From assembly GCF_021028975.2 (NCBI RefSeq), contig NC_059425.1:26350001-26414000 (forward strand): a DNA stretch of 64,000 nt, read 5' to 3'. A program made the translations under genes and the position numbers. Below the pieces are notes generated by a model. The model searched no databases, had not been told where the DNA came from, and saw nothing but the letters and a program-made list of their open reading frames with translations. Origin of the DNA: Sphaerodactylus townsendi (Eukaryota). Below are positions 11,110 to 22,115 of this stretch, in pieces. Within the stretch, counting starts at the first letter, position 1. Each line of letters begins with the position of its first letter.

Positions 11110-12954
11110 TTTTTTAAAAAATCACTTTTATTCCAAAATATTCACATCCAGACCCAACATAGGTCAAGAATTTGCTGCACAAAGACCCCATACATAGTAC
11201 ACAGAGCTCCAGTAATATACAGCTTCAGATGTGCTGACATTTCTGTCTTCTGTTTTTATAAAAGCAAACCCAGTCTTCTTTTGTGTTACAATTGTACATT
11301 ATTATTATTATTATTACACTATCCCACATTCTGACAATGTGAGGATTCATTTAAAGAGTTCAGAGGATTCAATCCTGATACTTGATCGTAGATAATTCTA
11401 CAGAGAGAGATGGCACCGCTCCGAAGACAGGGGGGTGCCACCACACAGGTTTCAGACATTTGCCTTTTGAACAAAGAAAGGAAAAGGGGAGAAGCACAGA
11501 TCTCCATTATCGGACCCATAAATTTGTGTTCAGAACAAAAGACTTGGACAGAATCCTGGAGAATTTCACATGCTCTCTTACAAAACTGTTTTGTTTTTTG
11601 TTAAATTATATTTAGATAGCTAGTAGTATTTATATATATATATATATAAACATTTCTGTTCCGTACCATCATCTGGACCAGTATGTCTCCCCCTACTCAT
11701 GGTTGCTGTACATTGCAGCATGACCGGGGAAGACATTTGGGGTTCTAAAAATCATTCCAACAAGCTCACGCTGGGATCCTGCAGAAACAGGAAATACTTG
11801 TTTTGAACAGAGCAGATGAAATCATGTTAGGAGCAAAATATATCGGTATATTCTGCTGAAAGCCAGTAAGAAATGTCTGGGGAGGTTGGAGCTGGCAGAG
11901 AGATATTGATGCCTGACTTTTCAGTTAAAGGGGCACCATTCACAATTCAAATCTATCACAACTGATAAGGATTCCTATAGATCACCTAGTCTGGCCTTCA
12001 CAGCAGCAAAATTCCATTGGTCCTGAGGCTGTGACTCAGAGTAGAATCTATTATGATGGTCCAAAAGGAGGACTTGAGGAACGCACCAATTGCCCTTGCT
12101 AATTTGCAACTGGAAGGCCGGTGGCAAGAGGTTCCGCTAGGTGTATTGCTTCCTTGATCCTTCGCAAAGGGTACTCGTCCCTTTGATAACAATTGTTGCA
12201 GGCAATCTCTCTGCCAGGTCTGACATTCATCCCAGAATGGAAAAAAAATGGATTCAATGGATGTGAACACTGATGGTCATGGAACTAGAAATGGATTAAT
12301 CTCCCAGAGTAGTTCTGAGAAATTAAAAGGAGGAAGGTTACTGAAGGAAAACTAACAATACCACCCCATCAGTACTGGGTGAGTTAAAGCTTGAATTGTT
12401 GAGATTTCTTTGGAACAGAAGTTTAGCAGAAGATAGCAGCAAGAAAAAAAAAGATAACAGTAACACATTGCCAGCCATTGGCCCTTACTGTTGTAGGTTC
12501 TATTACCACCTACACATTCTGTTGTCTGGGTGGGGGATGAACTGGGAGAAGATGAGTCATTCCCAAATAATGTGCAGAATTGCTGCACAGGTGTTTTGCT
12601 CCAACTGTGCGTTGAATGCCCTTGGAAGCAGCCAAGGCGCAGGGTCCCGCCTTAGACTTCTTAGTAAATTACATACAAGGTTACTCACTACGAGTGAATA
12701 CAATAACATGTGTAAGTCCCCTTACAATGGTCCTTTCCTTAGCTCTGATCAGCTTCGATGTCTCAGAATCAAGATAATTTTTTTGTTATTTAAAAAACAA
12801 ACAAAAAAAGTCCTTCTTGTGAAACCCCCATCGCAGGACACCAGGCAGACATCCTCTTGGTTCACCATTAGAGTGCATTCAGTGGGGTTTAGCAGAAGGA
12901 AATCCTTGGTTATGACAATATGCCATACTCGGAGAAGTAAGTCACGGACTTATT
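11110..12954 (-). other. NPAS4: Probable NPAS4 3' UTR (~1.8 kb) ending after AATAAA at 11127-11132
   Basis: AT-rich stretch with no recognisable TE after the stop; minus-strand AATAAA at 11127-11132; the 3' end is inferred. Confidence 0.6.
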
Positions 12955-12983
12955 TCAAAACGAAGGGTCACTTTTGCTTCCAT
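12955..12983 (-). CDS. NPAS4: NPAS4 exon 8 coding part (DGSKSDPSF*)
   Basis: Pyrimidine tract plus CAG acceptor; 29 nt to TGA; phase fits exon 7. Confidence 0.9.
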
Positions 12984-15900
12984 CTGTAGAAAGAGACACA
13001 AAGGAAGGAAGTGGTTGGTTAGTACTCTATGGTTTCAAATTCACTGTAACATTCCTAAAGGATAGATATTTGCCATCAATCATTGTGTGGTCGGTTGCAG
13101 AAGGACCAAAATATGTGCAACATTGACCGCTTCTCCCCACCCTCCCTTTGCTTTATCTGACAGGTCCAAAATTTTGACACTGCAACAGTCAACCCTTTCC
13201 CTCCTACCAGTCCTAGTTCTGATGCTTACCTTCATGGAAGCCTTCTTGCATATGGCTCTGGAGTTGATACAACTCATCTAACCCATCACAGGGAGAGTTT
13301 GAGGCACGTGTCTCAAAGGCTGTTTCATAGGAGGCCAGTTCTTCCAAAAAGCATCGCTCTTCTGGAGGCAGGTCCATGCTGGGCGAGGGAGCCAAGGCTC
13401 CTTGGCTACTATCTTCATTGTCCAAGCTCACTGGACTACTGACATTCCCACCGCAGAACTGGTGGTGAGGGCACCTCATACCTGTGCCACCTTTCTCGAA
13501 CAGAGAGGCAGACAGGTCTTGGAGAAGGGTCTCAAGAGCATCCTCTTCCAGGAGATCTTCCTCTGGACAGGTCAACAAGGAGAAGTCAACACTCCTCCAA
13601 TTCTTTGGAAGCTGGAAGTCCAGGCATGCTTCAGGGATGGCGGCCAGTGCAGAGAAGTCAACAGCAACCTGACTGTTCTTGGCCAGCTCTCTGGAAGGGA
13701 TGGAGCTGAAAGCTTCAGCCAAGCTGCTGATCTGCTGGGCCAGTAGTTTGATCTCATTCTTCTCTTTTTCAGAATATCTGAAGAAAGTCTGTTTGATGGG
13801 TGAGGCTTCCGGAGTCAGGATCCCCTCGGGCACCATGGGCACATCAATATAGAGAGGACCTCTGATCTCAGGCAAGGTCATGACGGTACAGTCCCCATTA
13901 CCAGGGCTGTCCGGGGTAGGCGGTAACTTCTCATAGAGAGCACTGCATTGTTCCTGGGTGTAGAACAGCTCAGAGGAGGTGGTGGTGATGGTGGTAGTGG
14001 TGGGGGCTGCAGACGGAGCAGGAGTAGTCACTGGAGGCAAAGCTGCTGGGGCAGAGCTTGAGGTGTAAGACTCCTGGGTGGCAAAGAGGAAGGCAGAGCC
14101 CTGGTGGGGCGTATAGGGAGGGGTGCATACAAAGTCTTTGGAGGAGCCACCAGGGTTGTCCCTTCTTAAAGTCTGCTCATAGCCGGTTGGTACAATCACA
14201 TAGCTGAATGCTGGGCCTTTGCCGAGGAGACTGAGTGTGGAGCCAGGGGCCTCCTCCATGGAGGAGATATTTCCAGGCTCTATCAGCTCCTGGGGCAGAC
14301 CGGCAGAGGTTGTCTCTGTGAATCCCGAAGGGCAGTCTGTGCCACCTACAGCACTAAAATCAAAGGATGGCACAGCAGCACTGCTGGTTGGGGTGCTAGC
14401 CATAGGTGTGAAGACTTGATCAGGGCTGGAGAGCTGCCCTGGAGACAGAAGACCTTCTAGGAAAGGTGGTGTGCTTCCAAGGACATAAGCCACTTGGGTT
14501 TCTTCGGTGGTCAGCTGCTGCTTGAGGCACCAGGCTTCAGAATCACTGCGAGAATAAAGAATGGGGAACTTAGTTCAGTATCCCAGGGGACCTCAGCCTC
14601 AGCAAAATATAGGGACTTGCTCCTGCTCAAGACCACCTGCTCCCTTTTCTCCAACCTTTCTCTAATCCCAGATTTTGGATTATAAACTCCTCGCAGGCAG
14701 GGAAGTGTCTTTTTTTTTTGCATAATAAATTCTGTGAAGCTCCAATGTCCTATAAAACTCCTACCATCAATTCCCCTTGCCTTGTTTTCTAGAACACTGT
14801 GCTGCCCATTCATTTTTAAATTATTCCGTTTTTATATGTTTGTCTTTGTTTATTCATTCAGGAGTGAAAAGCCCTAGATTAAAATGAAATCAGGTGGGAA
14901 TCGATTACACCCTGCAATATTTCTTTTCAGAATCCCCTGTAAATTGTTTGTTCCCACTGTTGTCTGTTGCTTTTCCAGACTTTACAGTCTTATTGGTGAG
15001 TCTGGAGGCTTCAAGCACCTGTTTCTCCATGTGGCCAGAGCAACTGCATAGCAGATTTGTAAGCGGCCATTTGTCTGAGTTGTTGGGCCTGTGATAAAGT
15101 TTGTCCCTCCCATGCAGCAGGGGTCCTATAGAAGGCAAGTGGAGGTGACCTTTCTGAAGGCAGAGCGAAAGAGGGACAATTTTGGCCAGGGGATACAATC
15201 CAGTTTTATAGAGGGCTAACTTCAGATGGTGTACCCCTCCCCGCAATTGACCAGTGACCAAACAAAATGATGGAAAAAAAGCCTTGACAATTCCATCCAT
15301 TGCTAAGCTTATTAAGAATTGTAATTTGCCCCCCATCAAACAATTTGCCCATCCCCCATCAAAGGTTCTCAATCATTACCTTATGATATAGCTGTGGCAA
15401 ATGATAGGGACATCAGTATTCTCCAAGCGGAGAAGCGAGTAGATCCATATCCAATTCAGGCCATCTTTCGTTTGGAGTCGGAGGACCATTTCAGCTTGGG
15501 TTTCGTTCGTGTCACCTACTGGAGAAAGAAGTGCACAAGGAAACATTTAGACCATCGGCCTCACCAAAAGATGCAGCTGAGTCACTGTTTCCTGGGACAC
15601 AGCAAATGGAGGGGGTGGGATAGAGCAGTGGGGATACTCACACAGTCGGTAGTGCTGTACAGAAGCATGAGTGAGATCTTCCGGGTGGATCAGGCTGTAC
15701 CACGACTTGCGTAAAAGCTCGCTTTTCTCATAGCCCAAGTGAAAAATCACACTAGAAAACAAGCAAAACCAAAACGAGAACAGTCAGTACTGGCCAATGA
15801 ACAGATAATCATCTGCCAACAGTAGCTCGTATCAGGCTGCACCCTCACATCTTCTGCCAGGCACCCATCCCCTCACATTCACAGAGCACCTTCTCACCTT

Positions 15901-17786
15901 TCAGATATGTCCACAATGGCAAGATCTTTTGTGTGCCGACTCTCAAATGAGGACAGGAAGAATGAATTTGGACTGATTCTGGGCTTGGGGTCCAGAGGAG
16001 TACAAAAGGCAGTGAAGACCGGGTTAGTGGACCAGTAGGAACCAGCTGGTGGCTGGTAGAAGCTCCCTCGGATAAGAACTAGCTTGTTTCCCGCACTTTG
16101 CCTCCGGATAGTCTTGGAAGTGTTAAAATGGCAACGGAAGAGTCGACCTGGAATACCAGAAGCATTGGAAAGGTCAGAAAAGAGAGCCATGAAAGTAACA
16201 GCTGCTTCGTACATTCACACTGCTAGCACATTTTCTAACACTGAAGGTTCTACTCTGCTGGGATTTCACTTTTTTCAAGCCGTTTGCCTTTTAACGTGGG
16301 AAGCATTTCTGGGCTCAAATATTTATTTTGTTTTTTAAAAAAGAGAAAATCTGGGGCTCAAAACTTCTGACCTAGAATCCCTTCTTCCCAAAACCTGGTA
16401 TTCAGAAGCTGACTTTGGCAGCATGATGGTGAGGGAAGGCTGTTTTTCTTCTACAGTTACTTCACATTTGCTATGGCTGAGCCTAGGCATTGGGGGGAAA
16501 GTGCTGGAATTGCCTTGGTGAATCTTTGCTTGAATTAAGCCCAGCTGGATATGTTTGCTTTCTCATCCCTGCTGGTCAACTTTTCTATTAACTGGCTGGC
16601 TGGTTTGGATTCCTTCCTTTGCCACAATTCCTCCATCCCTTACATTTCATAATACAACCCCAAAGTTACTGAAAGAACTTACTGGTATCTGTTGGAGAGG
16701 GCAGGGCCAGCTGGTTCCTCATCACAAAGTGATCCGCTGGATCAATAATATCATAGATGCTGTCCCCTTGGGCAACCAAGTCCACCTGAGGATAAAGAAG
16801 GACATCAGGTGAGATAGAGAAAAAGCACTATGGTATCGTTGCTAGTATCAAAAGGAAACAACATCCAACAGACATTGATAGGCAGATCAATAACTGGTAC
16901 TACTATATTAAATAAAAATGATCAAAAGGTCTAGATGAAGTGCTCATGCTATATGTCTACTTTAATGGCTAGCAGAACCTGAAGCACTTTCAGATTGTTG
17001 CATAACTAGGTACGAAACCAAAGGGTTATTCTGTCTCTCCACTTTATAGGAAACATTTTACAGTGTCTCCCCCTTTCTCAACCCACATGCAGGTCAAATA
17101 CTTACCACAGAGTGTCCCAGGTGCTCAGCAACATTTTCTGACACATAGATGAGTTTGCCCTGTCCGGTGAATGCCAGAAGAAAGCCCGGAAGCGTCTGCA
17201 TGAAATCATCCAAGTCTTGGGAAGAAAGCAATCCCTCCACGCCTTCTGAAGTTGTACCTGTTGATAAAGAAAAGCAGAGAAATCAGCAATGTTTTAAAAG
17301 TATCATGCCTCATGCTAGTATGACCAGCAGCAAGTTATATTTCAGCACTGGGGACAGCAGCTGTCACTGACCACCTCTTGTTGGCCATTTCAGCACCAGA
17401 GACAGCAGACACTTCCCCAGTCCTGATTAGAGCTATTGACATTTCAGCACCATGGACAGAGACCTGTTGGCTCCCTCCATCCCAAAGACACTTTGTTCCT
17501 TTAGACCCCACCTCCCAACTTTAGGCTTTAACTGTTGTCCTCCCACCTCCAGCAACTCTTTGCCCTCTCAAGCATTGAGCTGTTTTTTAAATCTAGCATC
17601 CAGTTAGTTACCTCTGGAGAAGAAGATGGATTTCCGAGTATAGATGCATGCCAAAGACATGATGTGCAGGTATGACAATCGGAGTTTATCCCCTTCAGCT
17701 ATGGGCAACAGGTCCTTAAGATTCCTGATTTCCGCATTGATTTGGTCTCGCCGTGCCTTGGAAGCTCCCTTCGTCGACCGATACAT
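12955..17786 (-). CDS. NPAS4: Neuronal PAS domain protein 4 (bHLH-PAS immediate-early transcription factor); join complement(17612-17786,17106-17257,16683-16785,15898-16147,15642-15751,15380-15518,13230-14545,12955-12983), 2274 nt, 757 aa
   Basis: N-terminus [28 protein letters not shown] matches the NPAS4 bHLH. PAS-A ([43 protein letters not shown]) and PAS-B ([35 protein letters not shown]) are present; C-terminus is [12 protein letters not shown]. All introns are GT-AG and phases are consistent (175/152/103/250/110/139/1316/29 nt). Confidence 0.97.
13230..14545 (-). CDS. NPAS4: NPAS4 exon 7 (large S/T/P-rich transactivation region)
   Basis: 1316 nt; starts [12 protein letters not shown]; contains [52 protein letters not shown] and [14 protein letters not shown]; overlaps ORF 13213-14493; GTAAG donor. 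Confidence 0.96.
15380..15518 (-). CDS. NPAS4: NPAS4 exon 6
   Basis: 139 nt; [46 protein letters not shown]; CAG acceptor, GTAAT donor. Confidence 0.93.
15642..15751 (-). CDS. NPAS4: NPAS4 exon 5 (PAS-B)
   Basis: 110 nt; [36 protein letters not shown]; TAG acceptor, GTGAGT donor. Confidence 0.95.
15898..16147 (-). CDS. NPAS4: NPAS4 exon 4
   Basis: 250 nt; [27 protein letters not shown]...[16 protein letters not shown]; CAG acceptor, GTGAG donor. Confidence 0.95.
16683..16785 (-). CDS. NPAS4: NPAS4 exon 3
   Basis: 103 nt; [34 protein letters not shown]; CAG acceptor, GTAAGT donor. Confidence 0.95.
17106..17257 (-). CDS. NPAS4: NPAS4 exon 2 (PAS-A start)
   Basis: CAG acceptor, GTAAG donor; 152 nt; [51 protein letters not shown]. 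Confidence 0.95.
17341..17463 (+). promoter_or_regulatory. Three RE1/NRSE (REST)-like sites in NPAS4 intron 1
   Basis: TTCAGCACTGGGGACAGCAGC (17341), TTCAGCACCAGAGACAGCAGA (17389) and TTCAGCACCATGGACAGAGAC (17443), compared with consensus TTCAGCACCnnGGACAG. Confidence 0.85.
17612..17786 (-). CDS. NPAS4: NPAS4 coding exon 1 (bHLH)
   Basis: ATG at 17786; 175 nt; donor GTAACT follows. Confidence 0.96.
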
Positions 17787-17899
17787 TTCGGCTTCCGAAG
17801 ATCCGCGTGGCTAGCGCTCCGGCTCCCTCAGTCTCTGTCTCTCTGTCTCCCAGATGTCTGCCTGTGGATCTGGTTGAGAACCACAGCCTGCCTCCCATC

Positions 17900-17906
17900 T
17901 TTTATA
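17900..17906 (-). promoter_or_regulatory. NPAS4 TATA box (TATAAAA); TSS predicted ~17870-17876
   Basis: Minus strand reads CCTATAAAAG about 115 nt upstream of the ATG. Confidence 0.75.
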
Positions 17907-18021
17907 GGCTGTTGGGAGTGTGGGCATGTTAAGGAAAGTGGGGTGGGAAGATTTGTTCAGATCAATGGAGGGACATGGCTGCAGAGCCGTTCCCCCTCCC
18001 TTTTTTGGGCTAGGGGGAACC

Positions 18022-18049
18022 CAACGTCACTGGCTCCTGAATGACGTAG
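18022..18049. promoter_or_regulatory. Paired CRE-like sites in the NPAS4 proximal promoter
   Basis: TGACGTTG (minus, 18022-18029) and TGACGTAG (plus, 18042-18049); fits CREB control of this immediate-early gene. Confidence 0.8.
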
Positions 18050-18839
18050 TGAGAATGGGGAGGGGGGGTGGAGAAGCGGAGGAGGCAGCCAAAGAAACAC
18101 TGCACCGAATTAGGAGATAAACCAGACAGAAGAGACTGTTGGAATCAAAGCTCCAAGCCTGCCTCTTTCTCTCTCTTCCCTTTGCTCCCAGACCCAGATA
18201 TCAGCTCTTGCTTACTGATGTCTCTCTCTTCTCTCTCTCCCCACACAAAATGCTTGCTTTCTGAACTCCTTCATGTGCAACCATCAGTTCTAGATTTTCA
18301 GTCTTCCTTTCCTTCTCCCCTTTCTCTTCCTTTTTTTCTTGCACAAAATTGTTTACCTGTTATACTGAATTCTTCCTCACACAATTGTTTTTCTTTGTTT
18401 TCTTCCTTCACTTTTTCCTGCCTCTTCCTTTTCACAAAAATATTTATTTCTCAAACCTCTTCACCACTTCTCCAAAACAGAAAAACAGGGCCGGTTGATG
18501 GTGGCAGGGGAGAGAGAGAAATGCCAAAATTGATGGGCTGTTGTACAAAAAGTAGCTCTGAACTGCAACCTCAAAAGGTGTGTTTCTCTTGTACTCTTGC
18601 CTGGCTCTCTCCTCTTTCTTTTTGGTATATAGTGCTTATTTCTCTAATCATCGTCTCTTTGTAATGCCGTAAGAAAATGTACCTATGTGGCTTCTTAACA
18701 ATATAAATGTTTGATCTGTTAAAATCATCCCAACCTGTTTTCTTATGCTTTGCACCCCTCAACTTGGATTTTTCTGTTTGCCTTACATATTCTTACTGTT
18801 TTCCCCCCTTCTTTTTAGTACAGAAACCTTGTGCCAAGC

Positions 18840-19195
18840 ACACCCTTATATAGGATTTCTCTCCAGGAATTCCGACTTCTGACACCCAGCAATCTGTAGA
18901 GGGTGAGTGAGTTCCTTTTCTTTCTTTTTTTTTGTCATTAACTCCCCCAGCCATTCTTCAATAAATAAATAAATAAGTATGGTCTTAAATAACATTTTCT
19001 ATATGGAGCCAAAAATAGATAAGAAAAGAAAAGGGAAAAAAGGTGCCTTTTTTTGGCTCCATTGTTGCCAAAGCAACTAAATTAAAAGTGACAGCTCTCT
19101 GTCTCCTGTTTTTGGGCTGTTCTTTTTTTTTTCCAGAGGGGTAACCTAAATTAGGTAACTTGCTTTTGCATAATCTCTCACTCCATATAAGGAGA
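18840..19195. promoter_or_regulatory. Candidate MEF2/SRF module ~1.0-1.3 kb upstream of NPAS4
   Basis: CCAAAAATAG (MEF2-type, 19009-19018); perfect CArG CCATATAAGG (19183-19192); CArG-like CCTTATATAGG (18844) and CCTAAATTAGG (19145); C/EBP-like TTGCATAA. Confidence 0.6.
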
Positions 19196-21269
19196 GGAAG
19201 TTGAGATGGTGGGAAGAGAATAACCCTTTGTGGTCTGGATGCTTTTGCACCTGTCTGAGGCTCTGCCGAGGGATGCATCCGACAAGATGTTCTTTATGGA
19301 AAGATTTTAAGCTACAGAAAAAGAAAACAAATTTGACCAGATCTAAGATCATACTAGATTTGCTTTTCTTGTCATCTTCTTCTATTTGCTGTGTTATATT
19401 TCTTTTTTTTAAAGAGGCAATACTAAACTAGTCCTGTGATGGGGGAGGCACTACTTCCAAGGTGTTATGCAATGATAGCTTTTCTGCATTGCAGAAGCTT
19501 TGTTGATGCAATTGGGTTGTCTTGTGATAATGAACCTCTGAAAAGTTCCTTCAAACTCTGCTTTTATTTATATGCTGAAGGGACGATGTATGTGCATATA
19601 TTAGAATGTCTATATAATCAGAGGATGAACTTCTCTGGGGGGCAGGGGAAGATGCAATTAGGCTCGGCACAGCTCTCTTCTGTTCTATCCTCAGATAAGT
19701 GAGCACACTGGTAATATATCCCCTCCAGCTTGCAGTACTCATTGGAGGGTAGAATTTCTTAGAAAGAAGGAGTGACCTGTGAATGACCCAGGAAAATCAA
19801 CAAGACTGAACCTATATGCCTTGACTGTAAAGAAAGGGGGTCATTGGCTCAAGAGAACAACCCTGAAGCTACTGAATTCTTGTAGGAATCTAGATGGCAT
19901 TAACTGTACTGGCCTGTACTGCCCCCAAGCTCTTAGGACTAGATGTCACAAGAAGAACCTGCATTCATGTGAGGGCACCAGTAAGGTCTGTCCTTCTCAT
20001 TAGGAGATGGCACTGTCTACAGAGGAAAGGCTCGTAAGTGCTACTTCCAGACAAACAGGTGGATACGTCACAGAAGTTCCCCCAGAACCTTTCATAATGG
20101 CAGCTGTGGAGCACATTCTTGAAGACACCAGCTTAGCTGAAAATGGCACAAGAATTGGGATTTACAAAAAAAAAATTGGCATACTTTCCTAGTCTGACCA
20201 AGATCTGGTGACGATTATGAAATGGCCTTTTAAAAAGATAGGGCTATGGCCTTAATCAAAACCTAGAATATCAAGTGCCAGGATAAACAGTTTGGTGCGG
20301 GGTGGTGGTGGTGGTGGTCTGTCTTCATGTTCTGCTTGTGAGCTTCTAGAGACATCTGTCTGACCACTGTCCAAAGCAGGACACTGGATTGGAAGGCAGT
20401 TCTTACATTTGAATGGGGAAAGGAGGGAAGGGGGAGAAAGGAAATGAATCCACAATGTTTCATTGTTTTTCTTCCAGTAACATAATGCTATAAATAAGTA
20501 GCAGGACACCCACCCACCCTGCACATTTGAGGTTTTTCTACCAGTGGGAAGTCCTCTTCTGTTGCCTCAAGGATCATATTCTGCTACCAGTCATCCTTGG
20601 CAAGTGCCCACCCTGTATGGCATTGAGCTCTACTGTTGAGCTGGCAGGACCAGGAATAGCAAAGAGGGTCTGTGGAGCAAGCGAGTAGAAACAGAGCATA
20701 GAGTTCTGTATACGGAACAACTGTGGCCATTTGTCAAGAGGGGCCATCTGCTCCTGCAAAGAGCAGTGAGTCTCCATCCACACATACCACAGGGAACATA
20801 AGTTTTAAAGGGCACAGTCATTTAATGAAGATTTGCAGGGAGGGAGTGGGCAGAAACATACATTTTAGTCACTGTTTTGTACATTCTGCATGCACATCCT
20901 GTCTGAGCCCCTGAGTCTGACTCTCTGCTCTGCTCTGCAGGAAGAACAGATAGGAGGGGGAGGGGGAGGCATGAGCTTTTGAACTAGCCTAAGTAGGCAT
21001 CCCGAATCATTCCTTGGCCATCTATTTCATCACAGATTTCCTCCACGGAACTTTGGCAGCTTACACAATTCACTTCTCCTCCATTGCAACCTCTCGAAAG
21101 CCTTGCTTAAGAGATAGTGGCTGGGCCAAGGAGACCAGTGAGCCAAGGTTGCCAACTGTTAAGCTAGCTGGCCCTTTATTATCAGTTTGATCTGCATACA
21201 ATAATCACACCTGTCATTTAACTTGATGCCATGGAAAGCTTCAGCTGCCCATTTCCTCCCCTTGAGGAA

Positions 21270-21465
21270 GAAGAATGTGTTGTTGAATGCAACTGACTCA
21301 TGGCTATCCCATCCACAGGGGGTTCTCGGCAAGAGATGAAGAGAGGTGGTTTGCGGTTGCCTTCCTCTGCATAGCAGCCCCAGTTTTCCTTCATGGTTTC
21401 CCAACCAAGTACCAACTGTGGCTGACCCTGCTTAGTTCCCAAGCCCTCATAAGCTTAGGCCACAC
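21270..21465 (-). mobile_element. 5S rRNA-derived/Sauria-type SINE
   Basis: Minus strand has 5S-like CTAAGCAGGGTCAG..GGTACTTGGTTGGGAAACC followed by Sauria-like GAGGAAGGCAACCGCAAACCACCTCT. Confidence 0.6.
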
Positions 21466-21949
21466 TTAGACTATTTAAGCCTCTATTAAAAGGGTAGGAT
21501 ATTTTTCCTCCTGGTTTGTCAGCAACTTTATAATGAGCCTCCTCAATAAAACCACTGGAGGGATCTTTGACTCTCACAAGTTTATGCCCCCGAAATCTTG
21601 TCCGTCTCTTGATGCTACTGGACTCGAATCTAACATCTGGAGGAGGGAATTTCATACTGCACCAAGAAGAGAGGAGCATAAAAGAATACTGACAAAAAGA
21701 AATTTGAGCTAGGTAGAATTTCCAGTTGCAAAATTGGGGCGGGAGGTTAAAAACCCAAATCCTGACCCATGCCTAACAGCAACTCAATCTGCATACCAGT
21801 CCAAGCTGTTGTTAAAGGCAGAGGAACAGAGGGCTGAAAAAGAAACTGGCAAGATTTCAACAAGGAATTGGGTGCTGGATATTGGATGCTGTAGATAGGC
21901 CTGAAATTATGTGTCCTTTGAGGAATAGAGGTGCATTGAGCAAAACTTC

Positions 21950-22115
21950 CAAGTGGAATACACTACCTCAGAGTGTGGTGGAGTCTCCTTCTTTCGAGGT
22001 TTTCAAAGAGAGGCTGGGTGGCCATCTGTCAGGAGTGCTTTGATTATGTGTTCCTGCATTGCAAGGGGTTGGACTGGATGGCTCTTGGGGTCTCTTCCAA
22101 CTCTTCTATGATTGT
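21950..22115 (+). mobile_element. CR1 3' end
   Basis: GTGGTGGAGTCTCCTTCT..GAGGTTTT..TTCCAACTCTTCTATGATT; similar minus-strand copies at ~27985-28125 and ~34147-34200. Confidence 0.8.

Noticed and set aside
11130-12954. miR-203 sites in the NPAS4 3' UTR
   Set aside because: Only 6-mer matches were seen; these are expected by chance
12396-12989. 197-aa plus-strand ORF
   Set aside because: Antisense to NPAS4 exon 8 and 3' UTR; non-ATG start; no protein-like features
12955-17786. Assignment as NPAS4L (cloche) rather than NPAS4
   Set aside because: The [24 protein letters not shown] start, 8-exon sizes, C-terminal motifs and linkage to MRPL11 all fit NPAS4
18068-18664. 198-aa plus-strand ORF upstream of NPAS4
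   Set aside because: Arises from a pyrimidine-rich low-complexity tract (S/L/F bias); no homology recognised
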